Positions 1-9,184 of a stretch of DNA of 64,000 bases are shown piece by piece. Within the stretch, counting starts at the first letter, position 1. Each line of letters begins with the position of its first letter. Both the position numbers and the translations under genes were made by a program. The notes beneath the pieces are model-generated. The model saw nothing but the letters and a program-made list of their open reading frames with translations, made no database searches and was not told where the DNA came from. The stretch comes from Giardia intestinalis. Lineage: Eukaryota. The DNA lies in the NCBI GenBank assembly GCA_000002435.2, contig CM018792.1; one strand, 5' to 3'.

Positions 1-1054
1 CATCTACCATACTATTTGAACATTCATCAACAGCTTCGTCACCTTCTTTAATCTCAAGCTCTTCGTCAGGATCATATTTAGCCACCATCTCCTTAACAAA
101 GGCCTCTGTTGCATCAATCCGTTGACCCACTAATTCCTCTTCAGAAATTTGACGCATAACTTCATTGTAGCGTGGAAGCACAATGTCTGCTCCAAATCTT
201 CGATTGAAGAAACCCTCAACAGACATTACATCGCGATTAAATTGTTCTTCGGCTTCAGGAGCTATCGACTGTATCACCTGAGGAAAATCGATGATCACTA
301 CACGGGTAGTCTCCGGGGTGCAATTTTCTGGATCTGAGGTCTGGACTATTGCATTGAACTCGTTGCAATCTCCGTGTACAATCCCGTATCTTAGCATCCG
401 CACCATTTGAGTGTGTATATCTTTGGCCAGCAAGTTTGCAGCCTCTATGTCGATATCCTTAATCGCATGCATTGGTATTCCTTCAACGTAGGACATGCAC
501 ACACAGTGGCGATTGATGGAGATGGGATCGGGAACAGGGAAGCTTCTCTCCTTCAATGCAACCATAAATCCAAACTCTCTAACGGCAGCAAGTCGAGAGA
601 GGTACATCCAAGAAGCACTCTTCCGGGGTCCCATGTAATCCCGTTTTGTCTTGGCTGTTTTAAAGCTGGTGCGACCAAGCTTGTGAAGTTTGAGCACAAC
701 ATATTGACCATTAGGACGCATAGCCATGTACACGTCTGCTTCTTTTCCAACACCGATTCGGGATCCTATAGCAGAAATGACTCCGCGACGCTTCATGACA
801 TTGAGCGAGAGGTAGTCATATCCCATATACGTCAAAGCGTAGCCATCAATCGGTGCTCCTATGTGAGAGATGAGCTTTATCTTTAAAAGCTCCTGCACAA
901 TGTGTGGTATAGACCCGTGGCGAATCCCAGAAAGGCTGATTACCAGGTTAAGAGGAACGTAGTCATGGTTCTTCATCCCCATCTCAACTGCTGTCAAGAC
1001 TCGGTAGTAGCTCGGAGGCAGGGAGTCGACGTAGGAGACGTCGAGGTTCGGCAT
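1..1054 (-). CDS. RIO2: RIO2 atypical protein kinase; C-terminal part lies beyond the window edge (partial)
   Basis: Manual translation of minus strand from ATG at 1054-1052: MPNLDVSYVDSLPPSYYRVLTAVEMGMKNHDYVPLNLV...LTYMGYDYLSLNVMKRRGVISAIGSRIGVGKEADVY...LHKLGRTSFKTAKTKRDY...YLSRLAAVREF...IVHGDCNEFNAIV...VIIDFPQVI. Collinear with the RIO2 N-terminal winged helix plus RIO kinase domain. Open to position 1, so absent from the complete-ORF track. Confidence 0.85.
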   Translation of the reverse strand, partial: MPNLDVSYVDSLPPSYYRVLTAVEMGMKNHDYVPLNLVISLSGIRHGSIPHIVQELLKIKLISHIGAPIDGYALTYMGYDYLSLNVMKRRGVISAIGSRIGVGKEADVYMAMRPNGQYVVLKLHKLGRTSFKTAKTKRDYMGPRKSASWMYLSRLAAVREFGFMVALKERSFPVPDPISINRHCVCMSYVEGIPMHAIKDIDIEAANLLAKDIHTQMVRMLRYGIVHGDCNEFNAIVQTSDPENCTPETTRVVIIDFPQVIQSIAPEAEEQFNRDVMSVEGFFNRRFGADIVLPRYNEVMRQISEEELVGQRIDATEAFVKEMVAKYDPDEELEIKEGDEAVDECSNSMVD

Positions 1055-1087
1055 TGCAATTAATGAAATGAATTTACTCATTCCACA

Positions 1088-1483
1088 TCAATTCTTGATG
1101 CGCCAGGCGACATCCTCGATCTCGGCCACAAGCAGCACCATGTCCGGGTCAGACGCACCACCCTTGAAGTACTTGGATATCTGATCGCACCAGACATCTG
1201 CAAAGGCCTGGGGCTCCTGACCTTGGGGTATAATGCGTGCCTTGGCCATGACAAGGGCGTTGTCACCGAAGGGCTGGCCAATCTTGAAGGTGAACATGGG
1301 GTTGTTAGTCACGGCCTTGACCTTGGCGCTGTTCTTGTTGACAGCCGTGACGAGTCTGTCAAGTGTCTTCGTGTACAGGACAGTCGTAGGTTCGCTATCT
1401 GGATAGCCCTTCTCGTTCAGATACGCGATAGTAGCTATGTGCTTTGCGCCTTCGTTGAGCTCGATAAGCTTAGGATCCACCAT
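1088..1483 (-). CDS. hypothetical small protein (131 aa), no family recognised
   Basis: ORF in track. Non-repetitive, protein-like composition. Fits a tight gap between RIO2 and the next gene. No motif I can name. Confidence 0.4.
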   Translation of the reverse strand: MVDPKLIELNEGAKHIATIAYLNEKGYPDSEPTTVLYTKTLDRLVTAVNKNSAKVKAVTNNPMFTFKIGQPFGDNALVMAKARIIPQGQEPQAFADVWCDQISKYFKGGASDPDMVLLVAEIEDVAWRIKN

Positions 1484-1787
1484 TTTATAATCGTCTGTAG
1501 TGTAATTACTTGACAGCTTAAAATACAGAGTTAGGTCTATCTTTATTCAATCTACTGTTCTACATTTAGCCGCTTACATAAAATGCTGTTGTCCTGAGGG
1601 GTCACAGCGCGATCCTCATAGGTAGGGTCTACAGGTAGGAGACTGCCACAACTGGTAGCACGGTACTACAATGATATACGGCACCGTGGCGGTATGCTGA
1701 TATGTTTCTTGGTGTTATGTACTGGGTTGTTTGCGCTCTTCGATATATGTGTATAACTTCGGCTTCGCTTTTAAAAAAGCTTAGAGA

Positions 1788-4259
1788 ATGGCTCGCAGGC
1801 GGATTTCAGCCCCCAGATACTCGGAAAAGCGGAGTACACCTAAGAAGGAAAAGAGCATTCTTGCAAATTACGACGCGTGGATCGATAGCCTCCTTGAACG
1901 TATTGGGATCCGGCCGAAGCTGATAACGGGCCTGGATGAATTCCTTACTGTTTTAATGGCCTTGTTTTACGCAGTTTTTTTCTTCTTCAGGCTCGCGACC
2001 CCATTCTCTTTGCAAGAAACAGGAATTCCTGCCATCCCCACGCTGCCTTCCAACAGCACACATACAAATCTCACTACCTTTTTTGAGGGTCTCCAAACCA
2101 CCAATGATAAGTACTTTCAGTGCTTTTCTCTGAAATCTGTCCATTCAGTATCATATAAAGAAGTCAATGTCGATGATCAGCTCAGTGTTTACAACGGTCA
2201 TTTCACACCAGCTCACACATATGTTTTTGATGATTACGTCAATATTCTGAGTGTTTCGGATGCAAAGCCAAGTATTTTGGTCGCCATTCCCACAGAGCAA
2301 TCTTCCAGGACAGAAGAGTCTCTCCGCATTACGCTTGCCGCAGCTGCCGACGCTCTCTGCTCATCTAGGCTATCTTCGCGCAGTCTACACATGGGTGTTG
2401 TTCTAGCAGTTGGTCGGACATATGCTTCTATTGAGCACGCGTTTCTGGAAACATATGGAAAGGATGCCTTGAGCTCTGCACTTTCTCTGCGCTTGGAGCC
2501 AGGCACTGGCTGGTCGGGTCTCCAATTTCTTGACTTCTTTTCTGTAAAGGATGGAGAGGCTTATCACTTGTTAAGTGCACCTTTACGAAAATGCAAAAGT
2601 TGCAAACAGGGGTTTCTTACCTACTTGTATGAATGGATCCTAGCGATTATGGAGCAAAAGAAGATCATCTCACTAAAAGCTGCCAACCAACGTAGAACTC
2701 AGATCCAATCAGCCTCTTATGGCAATAAGGACAATAGAAGAATCGTGATTACTTCGACCACTACCGGTGGATTTAAAGGGACAGAAATCCTCGTTCCTCC
2801 AGAAGGTAGATGGAAGCGGACTGAAGATGATGCGAACACCTTCAGCACCGTCCTGATAGGCTCTGCCGTGAGAAGCTTGTCAACGTGCATCGTGGACACG
2901 CTTCTTTCATTACTTACCGCAATCTCTTCAAAGGCTGATCTCACTGAGAGCAGCATGCGTCCCTTTTTACTTGTTACAGGTAGATCTGTGCATGTGCCAC
3001 GCATGGCCATACCAGTAGCTTCGGCCGCCACGTTGTTTGTGTTGCTGCATACAGCGAAGAAATATCACCAAGGTAGCAAGAGGCTCCTTATGAAGCGGCT
3101 TTTCATAGGAATCTTTTCGCGGCTCTTTGTTATTGCTTTAACGGCATCGGCAGGATATCTCCTTGTAACGTTTTATCCTGATTTTAATAGCAACTCCAGC
3201 GCACTTAATTTTGTTACAGGTATGCATCGCGGTCTGCTGAGTGCCATCATCTTATTTGTAACGGGTGCTTCAATAACTATATGGGGTGTCTTCCCATTAG
3301 TGCCTATCCCAGTTTCCATTCTGGAAGGTTCTCTCTTCTTGATCGTGCTTCAGCCCATCCTTTTGGCTATTTCCTCTGCTGCACCAGAGGCCGATGCTAT
3401 GGCACTGCAACTTCTTCAAATTTCCTTGCTTTCGTGTTCCTCACAGCTCCTCTCAGACGTTCTCCGCAAACGTTTTGGATTTACATATCCTTCGCTGGTA
3501 CATGGGATCACGATAATGGGGGCTATCATACTAACATTCCCTACCATTTATTACGGCATTCATCTATTGCTCAATAGCGTTGCACATTCCAGACTAATTT
3601 GGTCACTCACAGGCGAGGCTACTCGAAGCATCTTACTCTCTGTGATTATCACTTCTTCTGTGGTGTTGGCCTTTGTGTTTGGTCATGTCGGTGCGTTGAT
3701 GAGGAGGGCACCGATGCGCTTCTTGATAGGTCTTCTTACGTGTGCTGCATCCTTTGTTCCTGTATATTACTATTGCAATCGCCCAAGCAATGATCATTTA
3801 ATCAAGAACATGAAACACGTTCCGGGCGCACTAACTCTACCAACATATACTGCGCACACCGACGTGACTTTTTGGTGCTTTGACGATGAAAAGGCATGTT
3901 CAGTTGATGTGTATAATGGCTTGTACGACAGCATGGAGCTGTATGACACTGTTGCTGAAGATGACGAAAAACAAGGTCATAGAATACAGTTCTTTAGTCA
4001 GAATGTCAATATTTCCATTCCCATGCTAGAGTCCCATTCGATAACATGTGCGTCGGGCAGTTGCACCAGTGACCGTTCCACAGAGATCGTAGTTATTTCA
4101 AACACCATTAATAGGCGATATCGCTACAATAGTCAGCTAGCATCTGTGAAGAATATTACTGGGATGGTGAGCTATGTATGCGAAAGGGTTCCTATGCGAG
4201 TGGAGGAGTCTGTTTATTGGCGCCGAACCTACAAGGCGTATAGCTGTTACCACCCGTAG
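1788..4259 (+). CDS. hypothetical multi-pass membrane protein (823 aa)
   Basis: Long ORF with many hydrophobic helix-length segments (e.g. FLTVLMALFYAVFFFF, LFVIALTASAGYLLVTFY, IILFVTGASITIWGVFPLVPIPV). No recognisable catalytic motif. Confidence 0.5.
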   Translation: MARRRISAPRYSEKRSTPKKEKSILANYDAWIDSLLERIGIRPKLITGLDEFLTVLMALFYAVFFFFRLATPFSLQETGIPAIPTLPSNSTHTNLTTFFEGLQTTNDKYFQCFSLKSVHSVSYKEVNVDDQLSVYNGHFTPAHTYVFDDYVNILSVSDAKPSILVAIPTEQSSRTEESLRITLAAAADALCSSRLSSRSLHMGVVLAVGRTYASIEHAFLETYGKDALSSALSLRLEPGTGWSGLQFLDFFSVKDGEAYHLLSAPLRKCKSCKQGFLTYLYEWILAIMEQKKIISLKAANQRRTQIQSASYGNKDNRRIVITSTTTGGFKGTEILVPPEGRWKRTEDDANTFSTVLIGSAVRSLSTCIVDTLLSLLTAISSKADLTESSMRPFLLVTGRSVHVPRMAIPVASAATLFVLLHTAKKYHQGSKRLLMKRLFIGIFSRLFVIALTASAGYLLVTFYPDFNSNSSALNFVTGMHRGLLSAIILFVTGASITIWGVFPLVPIPVSILEGSLFLIVLQPILLAISSAAPEADAMALQLLQISLLSCSSQLLSDVLRKRFGFTYPSLVHGITIMGAIILTFPTIYYGIHLLLNSVAHSRLIWSLTGEATRSILLSVIITSSVVLAFVFGHVGALMRRAPMRFLIGLLTCAASFVPVYYYCNRPSNDHLIKNMKHVPGALTLPTYTAHTDVTFWCFDDEKACSVDVYNGLYDSMELYDTVAEDDEKQGHRIQFFSQNVNISIPMLESHSITCASGSCTSDRSTEIVVISNTINRRYRYNSQLASVKNITGMVSYVCERVPMRVEESVYWRRTYKAYSCYHP

Positions 4260-4264
4260 GTTTT

Positions 4265-5767
4265 TCATGTTTCGGGCTTGCTGATGTCATCGTTTTTGTT
4301 ACGGACACAAGTAAACGAGTGTATTGCTTGCCGCAAATTCTTTTGGAGGAAGAATGCCTTAACTATAAGAGACAGCGAGCTCTCCCAGAGATTCATAAGG
4401 AAAATTCTCTGTTTGGGGCCTTCGTCCACTAGGTGTAGTTCAGAACTAGGTATAGCAATAAGCTCTACCTGCCCTTGCTCATTTTTAGCTATGCGAGGAA
4501 CTAAATTTTCTGAAGCCATCGAAAAAATAAAGGCAGCCAGCGCTACCTGACAATCTTGACCGGAATAAAAAATCACCGTGCCATTAGAGCGCAATTCCTG
4601 AAAGGTGGCATGAATAGACCCTAAAACCCGTGAAAGATTTGTTGTGTATTTTAGATTTCTACAGACTGGTATAGAAATTACATTAGAAAGATTGTTTGGC
4701 AGAGATTGGTTAGGTCTGCATAAAGAAATACAGACGGCCAGCGGCTCTTTATTCATAATATCGGCGCTATTCGTAATGATAACACGACGCTGCTCGGGGC
4801 ATTTTATATATGCAAGTACCTCTTGGGCAGGAACAATCAAAATTGCTCTACTGATCGCTGTCTTATACTCGTTGGTAGTTAGACTTGCAAATTCTGAACT
4901 ACAGAGAAAGGAGGAGTTGGCTACAAAGACAGAAGGAGTCAAAGCTAAGGGAAGCCACGATTCTGCGTCATCTGCAGCACCCTGAATGTAATAAAAGGGG
5001 GCTTCCTTTTCATCGAAAACCTGGACTGGATAAGGGGTCTCTTTAGATATTGAGACAAGGTGAATTGTACACGCAGAGGGTACACCATCTCTCTCATATG
5101 GTGTATGCTTAGAGTGTTCGGAACAGAGACCGTTCTGACCAACGTACCAATATCTGCAGTGTATACTATGGATTGGAAAGAGAGAGTCTAACCCAGAACG
5201 GTTATCTAGACCTAAGATAAAACCCATAAGCTCTTTCAAACTACTAGCATGTCTCTCAGCCCGCTGCAAAATAAGATCTCTCTCGTTCAGAGTAATGGAT
5301 GGAAGGAAAAACTCATTTAGATCTAGCTCGCTGGGATTAGACCCACTGAGCACCGTTGACCATACAAGACACCAAATGGGAATTGTTCGCTTTATGGCAT
5401 CAGGATACCTCTTGCCTGCTTTTGTGGCATCGACGATGACAGCCGCCTTGGAAGTCTGCAGGCCAAGAAGAAATTGAAGATTCAGCTTTCTGAGACTGAA
5501 GTCCCATGTGCCGTAGTGGCCGTCAGTGGATTTGAACAAAACACTTTGATCAGGATCTGGAGCATACCAACAGCCTGTTCTAGCATTGCCAAAGACAGGC
5601 GTAGTGCCGAGACCGACTTTATCTAACTCCTTCAAAACTATCCCGCGATCGTGCAGAATAGACTGTAATCTATTATAAGGGGTTTGGATTGCCCTATCAA
5701 GCTCACGTAAGCCTCTTTTAATGGCTGCTGATGAACCTGAAAAGGTGATCTCATTATCTCCAGACAT
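4265..5767 (-). CDS. Rit1-like initiator-tRNA A64 2'-O-ribosylphosphate transferase family protein
   Basis: N-terminal ...NRLQSILHDRGIVLKELDKVGLGTTPVFGNARTGCWYAPDP resembles the Rit1 N-terminal signature (RLKSILYD...NERCGLWY.DP). 500 aa fits the family. Confidence 0.65.
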   Translation of the reverse strand: MSGDNEITFSGSSAAIKRGLRELDRAIQTPYNRLQSILHDRGIVLKELDKVGLGTTPVFGNARTGCWYAPDPDQSVLFKSTDGHYGTWDFSLRKLNLQFLLGLQTSKAAVIVDATKAGKRYPDAIKRTIPIWCLVWSTVLSGSNPSELDLNEFFLPSITLNERDLILQRAERHASSLKELMGFILGLDNRSGLDSLFPIHSIHCRYWYVGQNGLCSEHSKHTPYERDGVPSACTIHLVSISKETPYPVQVFDEKEAPFYYIQGAADDAESWLPLALTPSVFVANSSFLCSSEFASLTTNEYKTAISRAILIVPAQEVLAYIKCPEQRRVIITNSADIMNKEPLAVCISLCRPNQSLPNNLSNVISIPVCRNLKYTTNLSRVLGSIHATFQELRSNGTVIFYSGQDCQVALAAFIFSMASENLVPRIAKNEQGQVELIAIPSSELHLVDEGPKQRIFLMNLWESSLSLIVKAFFLQKNLRQAIHSFTCVRNKNDDISKPET

Positions 5768-5777
5768 ACTTGTCTAT

Positions 5778-7640
5778 TTACTTTTCACTTATACGCTCTA
5801 TTTTTCCTAGCCCCACAGATCTGTTGTCGCTGCGGAGAATCATTCTTCCCATAAGTTTGCTCTTGCTAAACTCTTTCACTATTACAGCAACGTTAAAGAT
5901 AAGAGTCATTCGAACATATGCAGACTTTCCTACCAAAGGCGGGTTCTTTCTAATAACTTCTTGGGTTGACGGGTTTATTTGAGCATTTATTTTATGTACC
6001 CTAGCCTCTACTCTGCTACTTCCGACATAACAATCATACACATCTCCTACACTAATTCCCCGAGGGGTGTTAAGGACCAGAACAAGGGCCTTGACAGTCG
6101 TAGCTAGGATCATGTTGTTTATCCACACACCCTTTGACACAGGTCCCTGTTGAAGAAGGATCCCCGTTAAGACAAAGCAAGATCCTTGAGGCATTTCCTT
6201 CACTACAACACTACTGTCGAGCTTATCACAATTATTGCATAGCTTAGTAGCACGCTTATCTGGTGCCAAATACAGAGTAACAGTATCATAGGCAACTGCT
6301 TTATCTGCCTCCACAGCATCTACCATGATGCTTACTATTTGAAACAGATACATAGACGGTAGATGGACGATGCTATCGCTGAGTTGGAGGATGCCTGACT
6401 CTACTACACAGTTTGCAGCAAAGACCTTTTTCCCCTCATACGTATCTGGAGTTACATCAAAAAGAATGATAGTAGGACTTGTTTTTTCTCCCTTAATTTG
6501 AGACGTTGAACGAATCGACTGAGTCTTATAAATCTCCTCGCCTAAACTCGTATGCTTTCTAACCCAATCTGGAAGACATCCTGCATTCCCTGGCGTCAAG
6601 TTATGAGAGCCATCTTCGCCTATACCACTTACAGGAATAAAGGTAACTTCTCCGCCAAACTGGATGTCCTTACGAAGCACTTTAGTTAATACAGTTACAA
6701 TCTCTACAAAACGCCCCTCGTTCCAGTCTGTTCTGTCTAACTTGTTCACTGCAACCATGATATGCTTAACACCAAAAATCATTAACAATTGCAAATGCTC
6801 ACGTGTTTGACCATCATCTGACAAACCCTTTTCAAATTCCTTGGGGGATGCATCTAAAACCAAGACAGCTGCATCCGGTTGAGAGACGGCTCTAATAAGT
6901 GATGGAACAAAGTCTCGGTGTCCAGGACAGTCTTGCAGGAAAACTGTGTGAGGGACAGAGTAGTTATCACCGAGTTCTGGGAATGCCAGTGTGAGGGTAT
7001 GATTACACACATCCATCGTTACCCCGCGCTGACGCTCTTCATCGTTAGTATCCAAGAGAAAAGCGTAGGAGAATGTACTTTTATTATAAGTGTCTGCAAG
7101 CGCCTGCGTACGTGTCCTTTCTCGCATGGAGACAGACCCCGATAGAACAGCTAGATGTCCAAATATGGTGCTCTTTCCTGCGTCAACATGCCCAACGACC
7201 AGGACATTAATTGTATTCCTTGATTTAATGAGCCCTGCTGCTCCCTTGATGACTTCTTCACTACGCTCAACATCTGCTATGAATTTAGCGATGTGCTGCT
7301 GAGAAGGAGTTGCCTTCATGGTACCAATGTTCGCTACTGAACTTAACGAGGTCGATGGTGTTATTGGGGTGGGGGTCGAAACAGTTTCAAACGTTGTTTT
7401 TGGTGTAGAACAAGTAGTGCTACCAGTATTTGATGGAGTAGAGCCGGTGGAGCTTTTCTTGCTTTGCCAAGCAGGTCTTCCCTCCACAGCTCCCCCGCTC
7501 TTCTTCAGCCTGCCACAATCATAGTCGTCGTAGTCGTCATAACCATCATCACTATAGTCGCTATAGTTATTGTGAGAGATGTAACGGGGCATCAGAAAAA
7601 CTTTAAAGATGACATTCTCTGTGTATTCATTTAAGTGCAT
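5778..7640 (-). CDS. Hbs1/eRF3-family EF1A-like translational GTPase
   Basis: G1 motif VVGHVDAGKSTIFGHL. DTNDEERQRGVTMD (switch I). DCPGHRDF (G3). NKLD (G4). Low-complexity Asp/Tyr-rich N-terminal extension as in Hbs1. An alternative start Met at 7592 would remove the overlap with the divergent gene at 7609. Confidence 0.75.
   Translation of the reverse strand: MHLNEYTENVIFKVFLMPRYISHNNYSDYSDDGYDDYDDYDCGRLKKSGGAVEGRPAWQSKKSSTGSTPSNTGSTTCSTPKTTFETVSTPTPITPSTSLSSVANIGTMKATPSQQHIAKFIADVERSEEVIKGAAGLIKSRNTINVLVVGHVDAGKSTIFGHLAVLSGSVSMRERTRTQALADTYNKSTFSYAFLLDTNDEERQRGVTMDVCNHTLTLAFPELGDNYSVPHTVFLQDCPGHRDFVPSLIRAVSQPDAAVLVLDASPKEFEKGLSDDGQTREHLQLLMIFGVKHIMVAVNKLDRTDWNEGRFVEIVTVLTKVLRKDIQFGGEVTFIPVSGIGEDGSHNLTPGNAGCLPDWVRKHTSLGEEIYKTQSIRSTSQIKGEKTSPTIILFDVTPDTYEGKKVFAANCVVESGILQLSDSIVHLPSMYLFQIVSIMVDAVEADKAVAYDTVTLYLAPDKRATKLCNNCDKLDSSVVVKEMPQGSCFVLTGILLQQGPVSKGVWINNMILATTVKALVLVLNTPRGISVGDVYDCYVGSSRVEARVHKINAQINPSTQEVIRKNPPLVGKSAYVRMTLIFNVAVIVKEFSKSKLMGRMILRSDNRSVGLGKIERISEK
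7593..7608. promoter_or_regulatory. putative 16-nt AT-rich bidirectional promoter (CAGAAAAACTTTAAAG) between alternative start 7592 (minus) and start 7609 (plus)
   Basis: AT-rich initiator-like sequence directly 5' of both start codons. Giardia promoters are known to be this short. Confidence 0.3.
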
Positions 7641-8778
7641 TCAAGATGTTCACACTGGCGTCTTTTCGCCCCTGGAATTGGTGCCGAACGAACCAGTAAC
7701 GGAATCTCAGCGAACTTACCCCATGGGGATAAGTGGAGCAGACTTAAAGCTTTTTCAACATGATGTCACAACAATTGAGCCACGAGATAAATATGTCATC
7801 ATCTCCATTAACTATACCAGCTATATTGTGAAACGTGATTGCCTGACAGTTGTTGTTTTGACTGCGGGGATGTCAGAGAAGGACGCTGTCCATATGGGGA
7901 AAAAATTCGAGAGCGAAGCACTTAAACGTGCATACGAGGAAGAAGTTAAGAACATGTATGACACCGAGCTCAGAAAGTATTCAGAGCTTCTCTACATAGG
8001 GACGATTTTGCGATATGAAGTTACACGACTGAAGAACTCGCTAGAAAAAGCACAGGAACTCATCACTCAGCTGTCCAAGGTTGTCCCTGATGATCTCAAG
8101 AAGTCAGTGGAAGACATCAATTCTCTTGGGGGACAAGCATCTTCACTTATCAATGCTTTCAAGTACCTCTTCGACGACGATCTAGAAGTCCTTGCCCTTT
8201 GCTTTGAGAATCAAGTGTCTCGAAGAAAGAAGCTAGAACGTGATAATGCCTTGACAAATCAACCCTTCCACTTTCCCAAATATGGCATACAAACAGATAG
8301 TGAGACATCCGATAGCTCAGAATCTATTAGTGACGAAGACTATCCTGTCCCCCTAGATGCAATTCTCACGTTTCTAGAAAAGTATTATTTCGAAGTGCAG
8401 AGCATCGGGTCAACTGCTATCATTTTGAAGCAGAAGATTACAGATGCAATCTTCTTTCGACAGCTTCAATTAGATACTAAACGTAACTTTTTCCTAGGCT
8501 TAGATGCAGTCCTTGGGATCATCTCATGTGGATGCCTCATTGTAACGGGCGTAGGAAACTTTTTTGGGGCTAATGTTTTGAACCCATGGAACTTCAGCCC
8601 ACCTGGGCCACTCAGTACGCAAAGTGATTTATTTCCAGACATACTCAGTGTATCTTTGTGGATAGCATGCCCCGCTGTTATATTTATAGTTACCAATCTA
8701 TTAGTCCTTTTTTACATTATGCAGAAAAATAAAAAAGAAATCCGGATGCAAGATTTAATTTCGCAGTTCAAGAGCTAA
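7609..8778 (+). CDS. hypothetical coiled-coil protein with C-terminal transmembrane anchor (389 aa)
   Basis: ORF in track. Heptad-like charged region in the middle. C-terminal hydrophobic stretches (LGIISCGCLIVTGVGNFF, WIACPAVIFIVTNLLVLFYIM). Confidence 0.5.
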   Translation: MTFSVYSFKCIQDVHTGVFSPLELVPNEPVTESQRTYPMGISGADLKLFQHDVTTIEPRDKYVIISINYTSYIVKRDCLTVVVLTAGMSEKDAVHMGKKFESEALKRAYEEEVKNMYDTELRKYSELLYIGTILRYEVTRLKNSLEKAQELITQLSKVVPDDLKKSVEDINSLGGQASSLINAFKYLFDDDLEVLALCFENQVSRRKKLERDNALTNQPFHFPKYGIQTDSETSDSSESISDEDYPVPLDAILTFLEKYYFEVQSIGSTAIILKQKITDAIFFRQLQLDTKRNFFLGLDAVLGIISCGCLIVTGVGNFFGANVLNPWNFSPPGPLSTQSDLFPDILSVSLWIACPAVIFIVTNLLVLFYIMQKNKKEIRMQDLISQFKS

Positions 8779-9165
8779 CCCGAGAAGGGCATACTCTGGC
8801 AGTCAGGCATGTGCTTGTTATGAACCACGGCCTGTTCCTCGATGAGAGTCTAAAGCGGATGGTTGCCTCTGATGCTTTTTAATTACCACGAGCAACCAGC
8901 CTGCTCTGCATTACAAGACATCGTTATCGTACACAGGGTAGGCTACTGCCTCTATGCCATGCCGCCCCTAACACCCGCCAGTACGGGCGATCAACTATCA
9001 GTTATCAGTCGGTTTGTGGGGACAAGTGCCAGTGGGTGGAGCAGACCTCCCATACAGACCCATCTGGTATGCAATTGCAGAGTGAAGGGACAGCGCTCAC
9101 TGATGCGCAGCAGTACCGGGTAGATGGATAGCAGATATCCACTGAGCACTAACCATCACTGACGC

Positions 9166-9172
9166 GTTTACT
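9166..9172 (-). promoter_or_regulatory. VSP polyadenylation signal AGTAAAC within the conserved element ACTTAGGTAGTAAAC, 12 nt after the VSP-A stop
   Basis: Minus-strand sequence after the TAG stop reads ATGTACTTAGGTAGTAAAC. Matches the Giardia AGTRAAY signal and the extended VSP 3' element. Confidence 0.7.
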
Positions 9173-9184
9173 ACCTAAGTACAT

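Noticed and set aside
407-886. 159-aa plus-strand ORF
   Set aside because: Antisense to the well-supported RIO2 coding sequence. No motif.
1223-1513. 96-aa plus-strand ORF
   Set aside because: Antisense to ORF 1088..1483 and lower complexity. Neither is strongly supported, but only one can be real and the minus one fits gene spacing.
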